Source: Vicugna vicugna
Lineage: Eukaryota
Length of the DNA stretch: 64,000 nt
Reading direction: 5' to 3'
Assembly: GCA_013265495.1 (NCBI GenBank)
Contig: MU062948.1
Coordinates: 434,001 to 498,000, forward strand
Positions 12,516-25,111 of this stretch are shown piece after piece; the first letter of the stretch is position 1; the number at the start of each line of letters is the position of its first letter. The position numbers were made by a program, and so were the translations under genes. The notes beneath the pieces are model-generated. The model saw only the letters and a program-made list of their open reading frames with translations, had not been told where the DNA came from and ran no database searches.

Positions 12516-14570
12516 AAAGTCAATTTTGTCTATTCAGATTGTCTGTTTCTTCTTCATTCAGTCTTGGCAGGTTGTATGTTTCTAGAAATGTGTCCACTTC
12601 TTCTAGGTTGTCCAATTTATTGGCATATAACTGTATGTAATATTCTTTTATGATTTTTTGTATCCCTGTGATATCCATTGTTATTTCTCCTCTTTAATTT
12701 CTTTGTGTATTTGGATCATCTCTCTTCTCCTTGGTGAACCTGGCTAAAGATTTATCAATTTCGTTTATCTTTAAAAAAAAACAACAGCTCTTAGTTTCAT
12801 TTTTTCTTTTCTATTTTTTCCCCCTATTTTATTTATTTCCTCTCTGATATTTATTATTTCCTTCCTTCTGCTGACCTTGGATTTCGTTTGTTCTTTTTTT
12901 AATTCTTTTAGGTGGTAGGTTGGGTTGTTTATTTGAGATTTGTTTCTTGAGAAAGGCCTGTATCACTATAAACTTCCCTCTAAGAGCTGCTTTTGCTGCA
13001 TCCCATGGATTTCGGCGTGTTGTGTTTCCGTTTTCATTTGCCTTGACGTACTTTCTGATTTCCTCTCTGAGTTCTTTATTGACCCATTGGTTTTTTTTTT
13101 AATAGCATGTTGTTTATTCTCCACATGTTTATTCTTTCCCCATTTTTCTTTCTGTAGTTGATTTCCAGTTTCATACCACTGTGGTTGGAAAAAATGCTCA
13201 ATTTTCATCCTCTTAAATTTGTTAAGACTTGTTTGGTGACTTACCACGCGATCTATCCTGGAGTGTGTTCTATGTGCACTCAGAAAGGCTCTGTATTCTG
13301 CTGTTTTTGGATGGAATGTCCTGCAGATATTTATTAAGTCCCACTGGTCTATTGTATCATTTAAGAACACTGCTGCAATATTGATTCTATGTCTGGATGG
13401 TCTGTCCATTGATGGAAGTGGGGTGTTAAAGTCTCCCCTACTATTATTGTCAATTTCTCCCTCTATGTATGTTAATATTTGCTTTGCCTATTTAGGTGCT
13501 CCTGTGTTGGGTGCATGTATGTTAACTGGTATAATAACCTCTTCTTTATTAATCCCTTTATCATTGTATAATTCCCTTCTTTGTCTTTTGTTATAGACTT
13601 TGTTTTAAAGTCTATTTTGTCTGATATGTGTGTTGCTAACCATGCTTTCTTGTCATTTCCACCTGCATGAAATATCTTTCTCCACCCTCTCATTTTCAGC
13701 CTGTGTGTGTCTTAGCTCTGAAGCAAGTCTCTTGTAACAGAGATGGGTCTTCTTTTTCATACAGTTGGCCACCCTCTGTCTTTCATTGCAGCATTTAGTT
13801 CATTGACATTTAAAGTAGTTATTGATAGGTATGTTACTTACGGCATTTTATTACTTGTTTTCCAGTTGTTTTTGTAGCTCTTCTCCTTGCAGTTTGATAA
13901 TTTTCTTTAGTAATGTGCCTGTGTTCCTTTCTAGTTTTTGTGTATCTCTTGTAGGTTTTTGATTTGTGGTTACCATGAGGTGCATTTTTGTTGGCCTATA
14001 AGTATGTCTACTTGTTCTAAACTGACAGTCATTTAAGTTCAGACACATTCTAAGAGATCTACATTTTCACCACCCCCCAACATTTTGTGTTTTTGACGTT
14101 ATATTTCACATCTTCACGTTTATCCCTTCATTGTTTATTGTAGTTACAGTTGCTTTTATAATTCTTGTCTTTTAATCTTCACACTAGCTTATTTAAGTGG
14201 TTGATCCTCAACCCTTACTACAGATCTGCCTTTCCTAGCAGGATTTTGCTTTTCCTTTAGATTCTTATTTCCTGTTATAGTCTTTTCTTTCCTACTTAGA
14301 AAAGACTCTTTAACATTTTTTTTAGGGTAGATTTAGTATTGATGAACTCTTTAAGTTTTTGCTTGTCTGAGAAGTTCTTTATCCCTCCTTTAATTCTAAA
14401 TGATAATCTTGCTGGGTAAAATATCTGTAGGCTGCAGGCTTTTCCCTCTCAGCACTTTGAGTGTATTATGCCACTCCCTTCTGGCCTGCAAAGTTTGTTC
14501 AGAAAAATCAGCTAACAGCCTTATGAGGGTTTCCTTATATAAGACTGTTTTCTCTTGTTGCCTTTAGAAT
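12516..14570 (-). mobile_element. L1 fragment spanning ORF1 C-terminus, spacer and ORF2 endonuclease region (degenerate)
   Basis: Minus-strand peptides GWRKIFHAGGNDKKAWLATHISDKIDFKTKSITKDKEGNYTMIKG and LNDTIDQWDLINICRTFHPKTAEY...SLNKFK are L1 ORF2 endonuclease; frameshifts and stops present. Confidence 0.95.
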
Positions 14571-16379
14571 TCCATCTTTTTATCCATAAGATGACAGGGC
14601 GGATCTTTAAGGCCACATCCACCTGTAATTTATCTCATTTCCTGAGGTGGAAGCAAGCAGGGTTGGGGGCCACCCAGGGCCACATCTGGATGACAATGTA
14701 CCAACAAAATCCCATAATTATAGGTCTCCCATTTTAGATGAGTCTACAAGCAACAAACAGCTCCCCCAACATCATGCCAGTACTTTCAGTGGCTGCATCT
14801 GTTGGGCAATGGGTGAGACCTGTTGTTCTTGGTCCAGAGGAGACCACAGTTGATGATCTTCCAGAAACAACCAAGAAAATCTTCAAAAGGGATAGCTCAT
14901 ACCACAAAGAGATTGAGACTTGGCCTGAGGTGGAAGGGTAAGAATGAGCGGCACAAATGGTATTGGTCAAGGAAGGTATGTGGGTACATCTAGAAGATTC
15001 CAAACAGGATAAATGCTGGACCCGTAACAAGAGGCTTTAAATGTGCAATGTAATAGGGTGGCATTAGAAGGTGGGCTTGTCAAGAAAGTGATAGGCATTA
15101 TACTAGGACCTTATATTATGTCATTTAATCTTCAAAGCAAATAATTATAAGTAATTACAAGTTAAGTATTATTCTCCTTACATATATATATATGTATGTA
15201 CTGAATGTGAATTCTTTGAGGACCAAACAAAACACTTTGAGGAGCTTCATGCTTGTGACTTTTAATATTCACACTTATGTGCATGAATGTAAAAAACATG
15301 GAAAGAAATATACCAAAATTATATAATTATTAGCATAATTTAACCATTTAAATTTTATTTTCCTTGTATTTTTTATTTTCTAAATTATCTCCATGTCTTT
15401 CTTTTTATGATCGGAAAGGAATGACCTCCTCTCGTATAATTTTTATTTATCTGGTCATCCTTTTATCTCCCCATTTACAAGTTATGAAAACTGAGGTTCA
15501 AAGAATGACTTGCTGAGGTTTGCACTTTAGTAAATAGCAGAGCCAGGAATTCAAACTCAGGTTGGGCTGATTCTCAGCCCAGGCAGAGTCAGGACTGGGT
15601 GTGAAGGTTTGGTTCGGGCTTAGGGCTTTGTCTGTTTTCGGCACTGGGCCCCCTCCTTCTCGCCTCCAGTGTACACATGTCTGCAGGCCTCCCCGCCTCT
15701 GGTCTCGGGCAGCAGGGGTGTCTCATCTTCCTTCCCTCCCCTGTGTGAGGACAGTCAGCTGTTTGTCCTGGAGCCAAGGTCAGGCTATCAAGGGCTCGGA
15801 CTCGTTTTACTTCCTGAGCAGGGAAGTGGCCCAGCTCTGTGGAAACCATCAATTTGAGGGGGATGAATTTAGCTGCCCTCCCTAGTTGGCAGCGGGGAGG
15901 CGGGCAGGGTCCTGTCAGCCAGAGGATGCAGGCCCAGCTCCAAAAGGGCTTTTGTCTGAGGCTGGGCCCCAGGCCAGAGTGACATTCTTCGGTGGAGGCT
16001 GCCAGGCCACTGCTGAGAGGGGCACCTGCAGGCCAGGGAGGGAAAGAGTGAGAGGCCCATCTCTCTTCCAGAGAGGAGAGGGCCTGGAGGGCAGAATCTG
16101 CTGTTTGGGGGCCCCCAGGGAGCTGAGGCCACGTCAGCAGGTGCTTCAGGCTTGAGAAGAGAAGCCAAGACCCAGACTCCCACTGCCCAGAGACGTGGAC
16201 TATTTATTGTCAGCTTTTGTTATGTCTGATTAAAATCCCAACAAGAGGAAAGAAATCCGTTCCTTCTGTGACAGCTTTCTTATAAAAAACCTAAGTTCAC
16301 AGACCTCTCTAGTAGGAAGAGAGGCCATATTTTAGAAGTTTCCTGTGGTAACTCCCCATTCAGTGCACCATCACCATTT

Positions 16380-16792
16380 ACAGTGGATGCCCTGCCCTGA
16401 TCCCCTTTGCAGGGTGGTGGGTGCAGCCATCTCCCCGCTGCTGTGAGTGTTGGCTGCTAATGCGCACAGCTGCCCCCTTCTCTGGAGAACTGCCCTCAGC
16501 CGTCAGGAACCACTTTCCCTGGAGGTTATCCTTCCCTACCCTCCCGAGCACTTGTAGGCAATGATTGACCCAGGGCCTCAAGAAGGCATCAGGTCTGTGG
16601 GGCGGCTCATGCTCCAGAGATTCCCCACCGATCCGGCTGAGGCTAGACTGATGGAGACCACATCCCTATTTAGCTCTTCCTCTGGCCCTTCCTGCCTCTC
16701 TCACTCCCATGCTTCCGAAAGTCCTTCCTTTATAAATCTCAGGCACAAGAATCCCCACACTAGGTTCTGGTTCTCGAAAACCTGAGCTCAGA
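16380..16792 (+). mobile_element. LTR16/LTR33-class ERVL solo LTR
   Basis: Characteristic 3' end cacaagaatccccacactaggttctggttctcgaaaacctgagctcagaca. Confidence 0.55.
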
Positions 16793-16950
16793 CACCCTTT
16801 CATTAATTTATTTCTGTAAACAATGTAGTGAGCATCTACCATGTTATAGATACGTTTGTATATACAGGGATTACAGCTGTGAACTAAACTTACACGGCTT
16901 CGCCCTAAGTGAGCCTAGAGTCCAGTGACAGGAGACGCATACTAAACAAT

Positions 16951-16970
16951 CACACACACACACACACACA
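16951..16970. repeat. (CA)n microsatellite
   Basis: cacacacacacacacacaca. Confidence 0.9.
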
Positions 16971-17079
16971 AATACAATGATGACGGTAATTACTATTACG
17001 TATCGAAAGTGTGGAGGTATGAGTAAATATGACTGGAAAATTCCAGTAATTCACCTGTTGTCTCTCAGCTCCGTATCCA

Positions 17080-18410
17080 TCTTTCTAAGCTTTGCTAAGA
17101 TGCTGGGGCTGGGACTCTGAAAACTACATTTCCCAGGTGTCCTTGTCCACTGTCTTTTTGCTGGGTACTGCTAATAAGAGGTACTAGAAAATTTGCGGAT
17201 GACATGATTTTGTGTATAGAAAATCCTAAGGAATCCACTAAATAACTATTAGAATAATGCAAATGAAAACCATAATGACATACCGCTTCACGCCCACCCA
17301 AATAAAAGTGACAGATAATAAAAAAAATCGTTGAGGATGTTGAGAAATTGGAATCTTCATCTCCTGTTGGCAGGAATGTAAGATGGTGCATCTTTTTTGT
17401 TCAACAGTCTGGCAGTCCCTCAAAGATTAAACATCGAGTTGCTATATGACCCAGCAATTCCACTCCTAAGTATATACCCCAAATAAATGGAAACTTGTCT
17501 ACACAAAAATTTGTACATGAAGGTTTGTAATAGCATTGATAATAATCAAAGAGTAGAAACAACCCAAATGTCCATCAACTGATGGATGGATGAACAAATG
17601 TGGTATATCCATACAATGGAATATTTACAGCCATAAAAAGCAACGTACAGATACATGCTACAACATGGATAAGGTTAGAAAACTATGTTTAATGAAAGAA
17701 GCCACTCTCCCAAATCCACGTATTGTATGATTCCACTTATATGAAATATCCAGAAGACACAAATCCATGGAGACAGAAAATAGATGAGTGACTGCCAGGG
17801 TCTAGGAAGAGGGGATACAAAGAGATGCTGCGAATGGGTAGTTTCTTTTGGGGTATGATGAAAATGTTGTAAAATTAAATAGTAACACAGCTTTGTGAAT
17901 GTAATAGCAAACACTGAATTGTGCATCTAGAAATAGTGAATTTTATGATGTATGAATTACAGAGCTGTTATTTAAACAATAAAGAACAAGAATAAGAGTA
18001 AAAAAAAAAAAGAGGTACTAGAAGGAAACTGGCAGGTAGGAGGAGTGGAGAAGGAACTCACTTCCTGTGCTTTCTTGTTCTTGCCAACTTCTCTGCACCT
18101 GGGGGTGCCCCCTCTCAGAGGACGGAGCACCAGCTCGGCAGCAGATGGCTCCCATCCCCAGAACCAGGCTGCAGTGCCTCTTCAGATGTTCCAGCTCCTG
18201 CACCCAGGTTCTGGGAAACTCACCTCTTCCCCTTGTTCCCTAGTCCTAAGGTTGGCAACTGCTTCCTGTCATGTTTATCCCCGGGTTGCTTCAGCACCTG
18301 TTTTTGCTCTTTCAGTCCTGTAACACTTGTATCCACCACTAACCCCCATATTAAATTCCCTCTGGTTGAAGTACCTGGTTTGGTTTCTATTTCCTACCGA
18401 GAGCCTGGCT
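17080..18410 (+). mobile_element. LTR16/LTR33-class ERVL LTR split by an L1 insertion (17190-18009)
   Basis: actacatttcccagg in left part; attaaattccctctggttgaagtacctggtttggtttctatttcct at 3' end; halves rejoin across the TSD. Confidence 0.55.
17190..18009 (+). mobile_element. L1MB-like insertion, internally deleted, perfect 14-bp TSD
   Basis: TSD AAGAGGTACTAGAA at 17176-17189 and 18010-18023; starts with RT-region FADDMILCIENPKESTK codons, jumps to ORF2 C-terminal sequence, L1MB-type 3' UTR, A-tail. Confidence 0.9.
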
Positions 18411-18848
18411 CTTATATGGCCCACGCGTCAGAAAAGGCAGCTCTGAGAAGACGCATTTAGAGCCCAGATCTGAGGGATTGGTAGGAGTTAATCAGGGGAA
18501 GGGTGTTTAGAAGAAATAGAAATTAGAGGAAACAGCAAATACAAAGTCACTGAAGCAGAAACAGACAGAGGAGGCTTATATGGCAAACGTAGTGCTCTGA
18601 AAGAATGGAGGGAGGTCAGTTAGGGTCACATCGTGCAGGATCTTGAAAAGATGAGAAGCCATCAAAGAATGTTAAGCTGGAGAATGACACAAACAACCGT
18701 ATTACAATAAGGATCAGAGGTGACTGTCTTCCCTTTTGAACTAAATCCTTCTGGTGTTGGACAGCTGTCGCCTTAGGAGATAGTCCACTCCATTGTTAGA
18801 ATTCTTTCTTTCAGAAACAGCATAGCCAGAGCCATAGTTAGCTTTTAC

Positions 18849-18955
18849 CTGGAGTTTCTGTGTAAATCAGGAACAGGTAGCCCCTTGGGGTGGTGCCCTC
18901 CCATGGTTTGACTAAAGGAAAACACCTTTGTATGTAGACTGAAGCTTGCCCCCTT
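18849..18955 (-). other. Candidate internal exon (107 nt)
   Basis: Acceptor ggctgtttttaccag, donor CAG|GTAAAA; two frames open. Confidence 0.2.
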
Positions 18956-21025
18956 CTGGTAAAAACAGCCTGGGCATCTTTGTGCAGTGCCCACAACGCA
19001 CAGCCACGGCGGCAGCCTCGAGTGCAGTCCAGTCACCAAAGGCACAGCCTTTGGAGCCAGGCAGTTCTGAATTCTCATGCCACTTCTACATCCCACCTTG
19101 AGCATGTGGCCTAACTTCTCCACATCCTTGCTGCGTCAGCTGAAAATTGGGGGTAAAAATACGTGTCTTATAAGGCTCTTGTGAGGGTTAAATTAGGTCA
19201 TCCTTGCAAAGCACCCAGCTCAGTTCCTGGTGCCCACTGGGTCTTTTAAAAATGATCATTATTTTAATTGTTAGCAAGTCTTGTTGTCTGCATTCAAATT
19301 AACCTCCCTGGAACTTCCGGCATAGCTGCTCAGTAGTTGATCTAATCCCTCTTCCCATGAGGGTATTTCTGCCAGTTGCAGTTAGCTCCCATGCCTCTTC
19401 TTTGGGATGGTTTTCTCCTCTGTGTCCCCACTGGCTGCCTGGGTCAGTTCCTGAGCTGTTCTCTCTATTCCAGCCTCCATGGCACAGGTCCCAACTCTTC
19501 TCTTCTGTTGGATCCACCAACGACCAAACCAACCGGCTAACTGGTGGGACTGTCTTGCAATGCCAGTGGCTTCAAAACTTGACAGTTACTTATGATGCCA
19601 CCCCCTTGATGGTTTTCCTAATGTGGCAGCTGCCTGAGAAGCAAGCTGAATACCGCTGTCAGGCTGGGAAGAGCATGTGTTTCCAAGGATTGGCATGGAC
19701 AGGGAGTCAGGAGACAAACTTCCATGACGTGTCCTTATCTGTCATCCTGTGGTTACTCACTAGGGCCGCTTCCCTGCTGCACCTCCTCTGGACCCAGACA
19801 ACATGAGGAAAAAAACGGACGGTGACTTGGACAGGAAGCAGCATTCACTAGCCCCCAGCAGGGCTGGGGAGTGGGAGTGAACACGGATATTCTGAGACGT
19901 ACAGCCCATTATAGCCCCTGGCCTTCTGCTTGTTCTTACATTTATTCATTCAACACTTTCTCATTTTGTGCCAGTCCAGTGCCCAGCACCATACACGTCT
20001 GACCTCAGCTCTCCCTACAACCACAAGGTAGATGCCACTACTATCCCCATGGTCACATCTGAGTGATTAGGACTCTAAAGCACCTGAGTCTCTGGTCCCT
20101 GTTGCCCAAGGAGAGTCTGGGTTCAAAACCACAGGTGTGACTCCTAGACAGGTGTTTTTCACCATGATGCCATTCAGCTCTTGTCAGCTCACCCGAGACT
20201 ACCTACTGGATAGTAGTTCTCGACTGTTTGTATCTTCTTTCCCACCGACAACTCAGCGTGTGCTTGGGGGTGGTGAGGAGTAAGGGGGAGGTGGAGATAA
20301 AGATGTGGTAAATAACTTGTCCACAGTCACACAGGTAGGAAAAGCCAGGTCTCAGCCCAAGGTCTAGCTGATTGCAGAAAACCTAAAGCCCAGACCTTTC
20401 CACCACCACACCCTGCTGTACCACGCAGCCTGTGGGTGGACTCCTCTGATCAACCAACCTTTCTCAAACAGCCACTGTATACCAGGCATCATGTGGGGGT
20501 ACCAAAGCCCATCTCCTTTGCCTCTAGGTGGGATAGATTCTGAGGAGCATACAATTTTATGTTCCAGAACTCCCTGGAGGATCAGGTAGGGCTCTTAAGA
20601 GAGCAGAAGTTCCAGACTCTTGCAGGAGACAGAGCCTCTGCCCAGGGCTCCCAGCAGAGTTGAACGTGTCATCCGCTCCCTGGCTCCAGTGCAGACCATC
20701 CACTTTGTACGACGTGTGAACAGGGTCCACGTGGCTGGGAAGGGCAGCCCTGTACCTGCCTCACAGAAACACGGAGGCAGGAAAAGCACCACCGAGTCAG
20801 TCATCCACCCACCAAAATGGATGTGTTGAGGGTCTTCCCCAGGCACTCGGGGCACCTCTTGCCTCTGCTCCCAAAGAGTCATGAAGTTCATTGATCTGGG
20901 GAAACCCAGCAAAGGAGAGGTAACACACAAGGCAGAACAGGAGAGCAGGCAGATGTGGGCAGGAGAGAAAGAGCACTGAACTTGAGGTTACAAGTTTGGG
21001 GTTGCAGGCTGGCTCTGCCGCTAAC

Positions 21026-21222
21026 CTGCCTCCTGGGCTTGGGGTCAAATTTGATGGTTTCCTTGACTCCTGGTTCAAGCTTTTCTCCTTCCTGCAGCAT
21101 GAGCTTCAGACTGAACAGCACATAATCTGATTCTTCTGTTTGACCCCAACATTCTTCTTTGGGCAGCCCTTTTGCATCTGGCTTAAGCACCTTTTCTGGC
21201 TCCGGCCCTGCACGGAGAATAC
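21026..21222 (-). other. Candidate internal exon (197 nt)
   Basis: Acceptor tctccccacttttcag, donor CAG|GTTAGC; only one frame open (GILRAGPEPEKVLK...KFDPKPRRQ); repeat-free. Confidence 0.25.
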
Positions 21223-21380
21223 CTGAAAAGTGGGGAGATACTTTAAAACCCTAAGGTCTCACTGGTGCCCTGAAATCATAGCATGTCTTCCTGGTTTGGT
21301 TGTGTGGCCCGGACCCATCTGGGTGGGCCTGCACAGGTCACATTTCCTTCCTGGTCTTGTGGGTAAAGGAAAATATCTTA

Positions 21381-21770
21381 GGCCAGTTTTTCCCAGAAGC
21401 AGAGCCTGAGCCAAGGATTTGGGTGAAACTGATTTATCCGAGAAGAGCTCCCAGGAGTAAGGAGAAAGGGAGTGGAGGAAGCAGGACAGGGAAGAGGAAG
21501 AGGGAAAGAAAGGGTGTGATTGCAGCGCAAGCCCCAGCCTCACCCACATCCCCGGGGGCAATCTGGCGCTTGAATTACACCTCGGAGTTTCTCCCTGCTC
21601 CCGTCAAAAGAATTGTCCCCTTTGCCCCCACCCGAGGGCAGTGCTGTGAGGAAAGTCACAGGGGTGATCAGTTCACTTGCAGAAGCAGGGGTGGGGCACT
21701 GACAGCTGGCTGGCCCAACGGCTCTGGGGGTTCCGGGTGGGGCACCAACAGTGTCCATTGTGGTTTCAAC
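21381..21770 (-). mobile_element. LTR16-class ERVL solo LTR
   Basis: tcttaggccagtttttcccagaagcagagcctgagccaaggattt at left; ggggcaccaacagtgtcc at right (antisense LTR16 termini). Confidence 0.7.
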
Positions 21771-22366
21771 TCTACAAATCTTCTTACTCCAAGAAGTGAT
21801 CACCAAGAACCCTCCACAAAGCAGGAGAGGGGAGAATTTAGTTCACTACTGTTTCTTTGGTCAAACCCAAATTGTTGACCTCCCGCCTGAATTCCAGATT
21901 CTGACCGGCCCAGATGGCTTCCTCTTTCATTTCAGTATCGGCCTAAACAAAACCGAGTTAGATGGAAAAACAGTCCAACACAAAAACAGCACACTTCCCT
22001 AAGCCAAATAGAAATAATTTTTGCATAATGTGTTGTTTTTTTTTTTTCTGGAAATCGACACATCTGCTTCCTCCAAACCTCGGTGATCAAGTGCTGATTA
22101 TGTGACAGTCCCATCAGTGAGTCTTTGTTGAATATTTTGAAATGTACTCCTCACTTCTCCCTCAAAAAGTCAGCCCCCTCTACTTACTATCAACGGCTGA
22201 TGCAGGATGCTAAAGAAGGCACAGCTTAGGCACAGACAGCTGTAAGGTTAAAAAAATTTAAATGCCCTATAAACAGCCCATCAGAATTTAACTTTTAAAT
22301 GTCGAAGTACAATCTATAATTTGCTCATCAAACATAAAATAACCCCCAAAGTGCCAAATTTTAGAC

Positions 22367-22590
22367 CAGTGGTTTTCCACCAGGGGCAATTCTGCCCCCT
22401 CAGGGAACACCTGGAAAAAACCTGGAGACCTTCTGGTTGTCATAAAGGTGGGGGGAGGTGTGTGCTGCCGGCACTGAATGCACAGAGGCCAGCAAGGTGG
22501 CTGAACACCCCACAGTGCACAGAACAGCCCCCACAACAAACAACTACCCAGTCCCAAATGTCACCAGTGCTGAGGCTGACAAAAACGTGA
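22367..22590 (+). mobile_element. MER20 hAT-Charlie DNA transposon
   Basis: cagtggttttccaccaggggcaattctgcccctcagggaacacctgg...cccagtcccaaatgtcaccagtgctgaggctga. Confidence 0.9.
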
Positions 22591-22839
22591 TCTGGACTGT
22601 TTTCTTTCGTATGAATTTTGCATTGATTCTCTGTCTTGGCCTATTTTCAATAATTTAGAACTTTCAAAACCCCAGTGTTTAAATACTTTTGAGCACCAGT
22701 TCAAGGTAAAATGCTGTTGCGGGTGCTCAAGTACTGACTTGTTTTGGTACTGCTGACTTAGTAAAATAGTGATTCACTTAGAGACGTTGAATTCCCTCCA
22801 CCTGAGTTTTCTGAGTTAAGCATCAGAGCAGAGGTCCAG

Positions 22840-22990
22840 TACACTCACACAGGGTCCCGCACTCTGTAGGAGGTCCTGTGCTTGGGGCTTAGTGCTCTGC
22901 AGTGGTTGTCTTGAAATTCTTAATAATTCTGTGTTTGAATCTGTGTTTTGATAGCCATGTCCAGAGGGACAATGACGCACGCCCCAGGGT
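22840..22990 (+). mobile_element. MER91-type hAT-Tip100 fragment
   Basis: Diagnostic gtcttgaaattcttaataatt followed by tttgaatctgtgtttt...gggacaatg. Confidence 0.6.
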
Positions 22991-23211
22991 TTGAAGCCTT
23001 GGCTCACGTGAAGTCCTGTTACTCTACACCTGCCTGGATGCCCACTCTTCCGCCCCCACCCAGTGACCGCTGCTGCCCTTTGCCCCTGGCAGGGGATGAG
23101 AGAGGACATGGAGGTGGGTGGGGTGTGTGTGCTCCATGCACCAAGTCAGGGGCAGGGCCCCAGAAGTATCCCCATGCCCAAGGGAGGGCAACATTAAATA
23201 AAAAGCACCAT

Positions 23212-23590
23212 GTGTTATGGACCGAACATTTGTGTCTCCCCCAAATTCATATGCTGAAGCCCTGATTCCCCAATATGATGGGATTTGGAGGTGGGGCTTT
23301 TGGGAGGTACTTAGGTTTAGATGAGGTCATGAGGGTGGGAGGCCCCATGATGAATTAGTGTCCTTATAAGCAGAAGAAGGGGGACTAGAGTTCACTCCCT
23401 CTCTCACCCATGTGATGAAACAGCAAGAAAGTGGCTGTCTGCAAGCCAGGAAGAGGGCTCTCACTAGGAACCAAATTGGATGGCACCCTGATCTTGGACT
23501 TCCCAGCTTCCAAAAGTGAGAAAATACATTTGTTATTGAAGCCACCCAGTCTGTCATATCTTGTTGTAGCAGCCTGGACAGACTCAAGCA
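23212..23590 (+). mobile_element. MLT1A-type MaLR solo LTR
   Basis: tgttatggaccgaacatttgtgtctccccaaattcatatg...gaagccacccagtctgtcatatcttgttgtagcagcc. Confidence 0.9.
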
Positions 23591-24925
23591 CTGTGACAGG
23601 CCGAGGGAGAGACAGAGACAGTGGAAGAAAGTTAAAAGCTTTTCTCTTACTTTTTGAACCAGAGGGCCTCACGTTTTCATGTCGCATGGGTCCCCCAAGT
23701 GATGGAGCAGGCCCTGTCTAGGATGGATAACCACTGCTTGTCACTGGGCTGTGTTCTAAGCAAAGCCTTCCTAGCAGAGTTTGAGGCTTCCCTTTTGTTC
23801 TGGAGACGTGGCGTTGTCCCCTGGCAGTGTACAACCAAACTGTTTCTGGAGGAAACTTCAGACCAGACCACTGACACATCTAACATATCATTGAACTACT
23901 TAATACCAGAAATTTTAAAGAAAAATGAAAAGGCTTTAGAAATCCCAGTAGCCTGAATTCTCTTTCACTGTGTATGTATAAGATGGCAACTCACTCAGAA
24001 TTTACTGGGCTTCAGGCTTTTCTTTTTTTTATTGCCTTCAGCATCTTTGGACCAGACCTTGTGTGCATTGGAGAGAACATTTTTTGCACGGTGCCTGGTG
24101 GGACGCCTAAGGATAGACAGCTGGGTCTTTGCCGAACTTACAGGAACAGCTGTATTTTGTGCCTGTCTGCTAATTATGTTTGTCTAGGGCAGAATGTCAT
24201 CTCGTATTTGCTTTCATTGTAACATTCCTCCTGGTAGTGAGTTTGTGGGGGACCGACATAAAGCACCCACCCTCCTGTAGTCACTTGTGGGGCTAACGAT
24301 GTTCACCCAAAGTTCCTGACAGTTGCTGAATGGCTACCTTGCCTCAGAACACATCTCACTGGTGGGCAATAGTGCTATTCTATTTTACAGACTGAATTTG
24401 GGAGGCATGGTAAGAAGTCAGGAAATTTATTCCTGGTAATGTGACCAGTGAATAGTAGAGCAAAAACCTGTGCTCATCAGTCCTGATGGATGCTAGAACA
24501 TGAAGCTAGCCCCTGGGCTCCTCCGGGCCAGCCTCCGGCTGTCCTGTGTATGCTACCTGTCAGGGACTAAGGGGACCAAGGGGCAACCCAGCCCCTCTAT
24601 CTCATGTCCTGTGAGGCCACTCAGCCAAAGGGACAAGTGGGGACTAAATCCCACCCTGTGCTCTGCTTCCTAAGCCTTGGTCTAGCTTTTCCACCCAGAA
24701 GAATGGGTGCTTTTATCAAGTTCATCTGCCCACAAGGGGTATCTTTTCTGGATTCACACTAAGGCACTGAATAGACAGGCAGGATTCGGGGGGGTGCTGG
24801 GGGGTTTTGCCTGTCTTTGATGTTCTACTGGTTATTATCAACCCTCGGGTGCCCAGGGCCACCCACACCCAGCAGGCACTCCTATCAAGCGGACACACCC
24901 TTGACCCTTAGGCCAAAATGGACCC

Positions 24926-25111
24926 CACTGCTTTCTCAGAATGTAGCCCAAGAACCATCTATGTCAGAATAATCTGGGTGGTTGTTAAAAATGCAGATTT
25001 CTGGACCGGGATCCGATTGCCATACTCAGAATTCCTGAGGCCAGGACCTGGTCATCTGCATTTTAACTATATCCCGGAGCATTTCTCTGCCTTCTAAGGT
25101 TTTAGCACATG
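24926..25111 (+). mobile_element. MER5A/B hAT-Charlie MITE
   Basis: ttgttaaaaatgcagatttctgg...tcagaattcctgaggccaggacctggtcatctgcattttaac. Confidence 0.75.

Noticed and set aside
20600-20755. Minus-strand frame YRAALPSHVDPVHTSYKVDGLHWSQG with a DGLH motif like SGNH hydrolase block V
   Set aside because: No other SGNH blocks found, no convincing donor, and the phase does not fit the neighbouring candidate exon.
21300-21878. 192-aa plus-strand ORF
   Set aside because: It lies largely over an antisense LTR16; no homology or splice logic.
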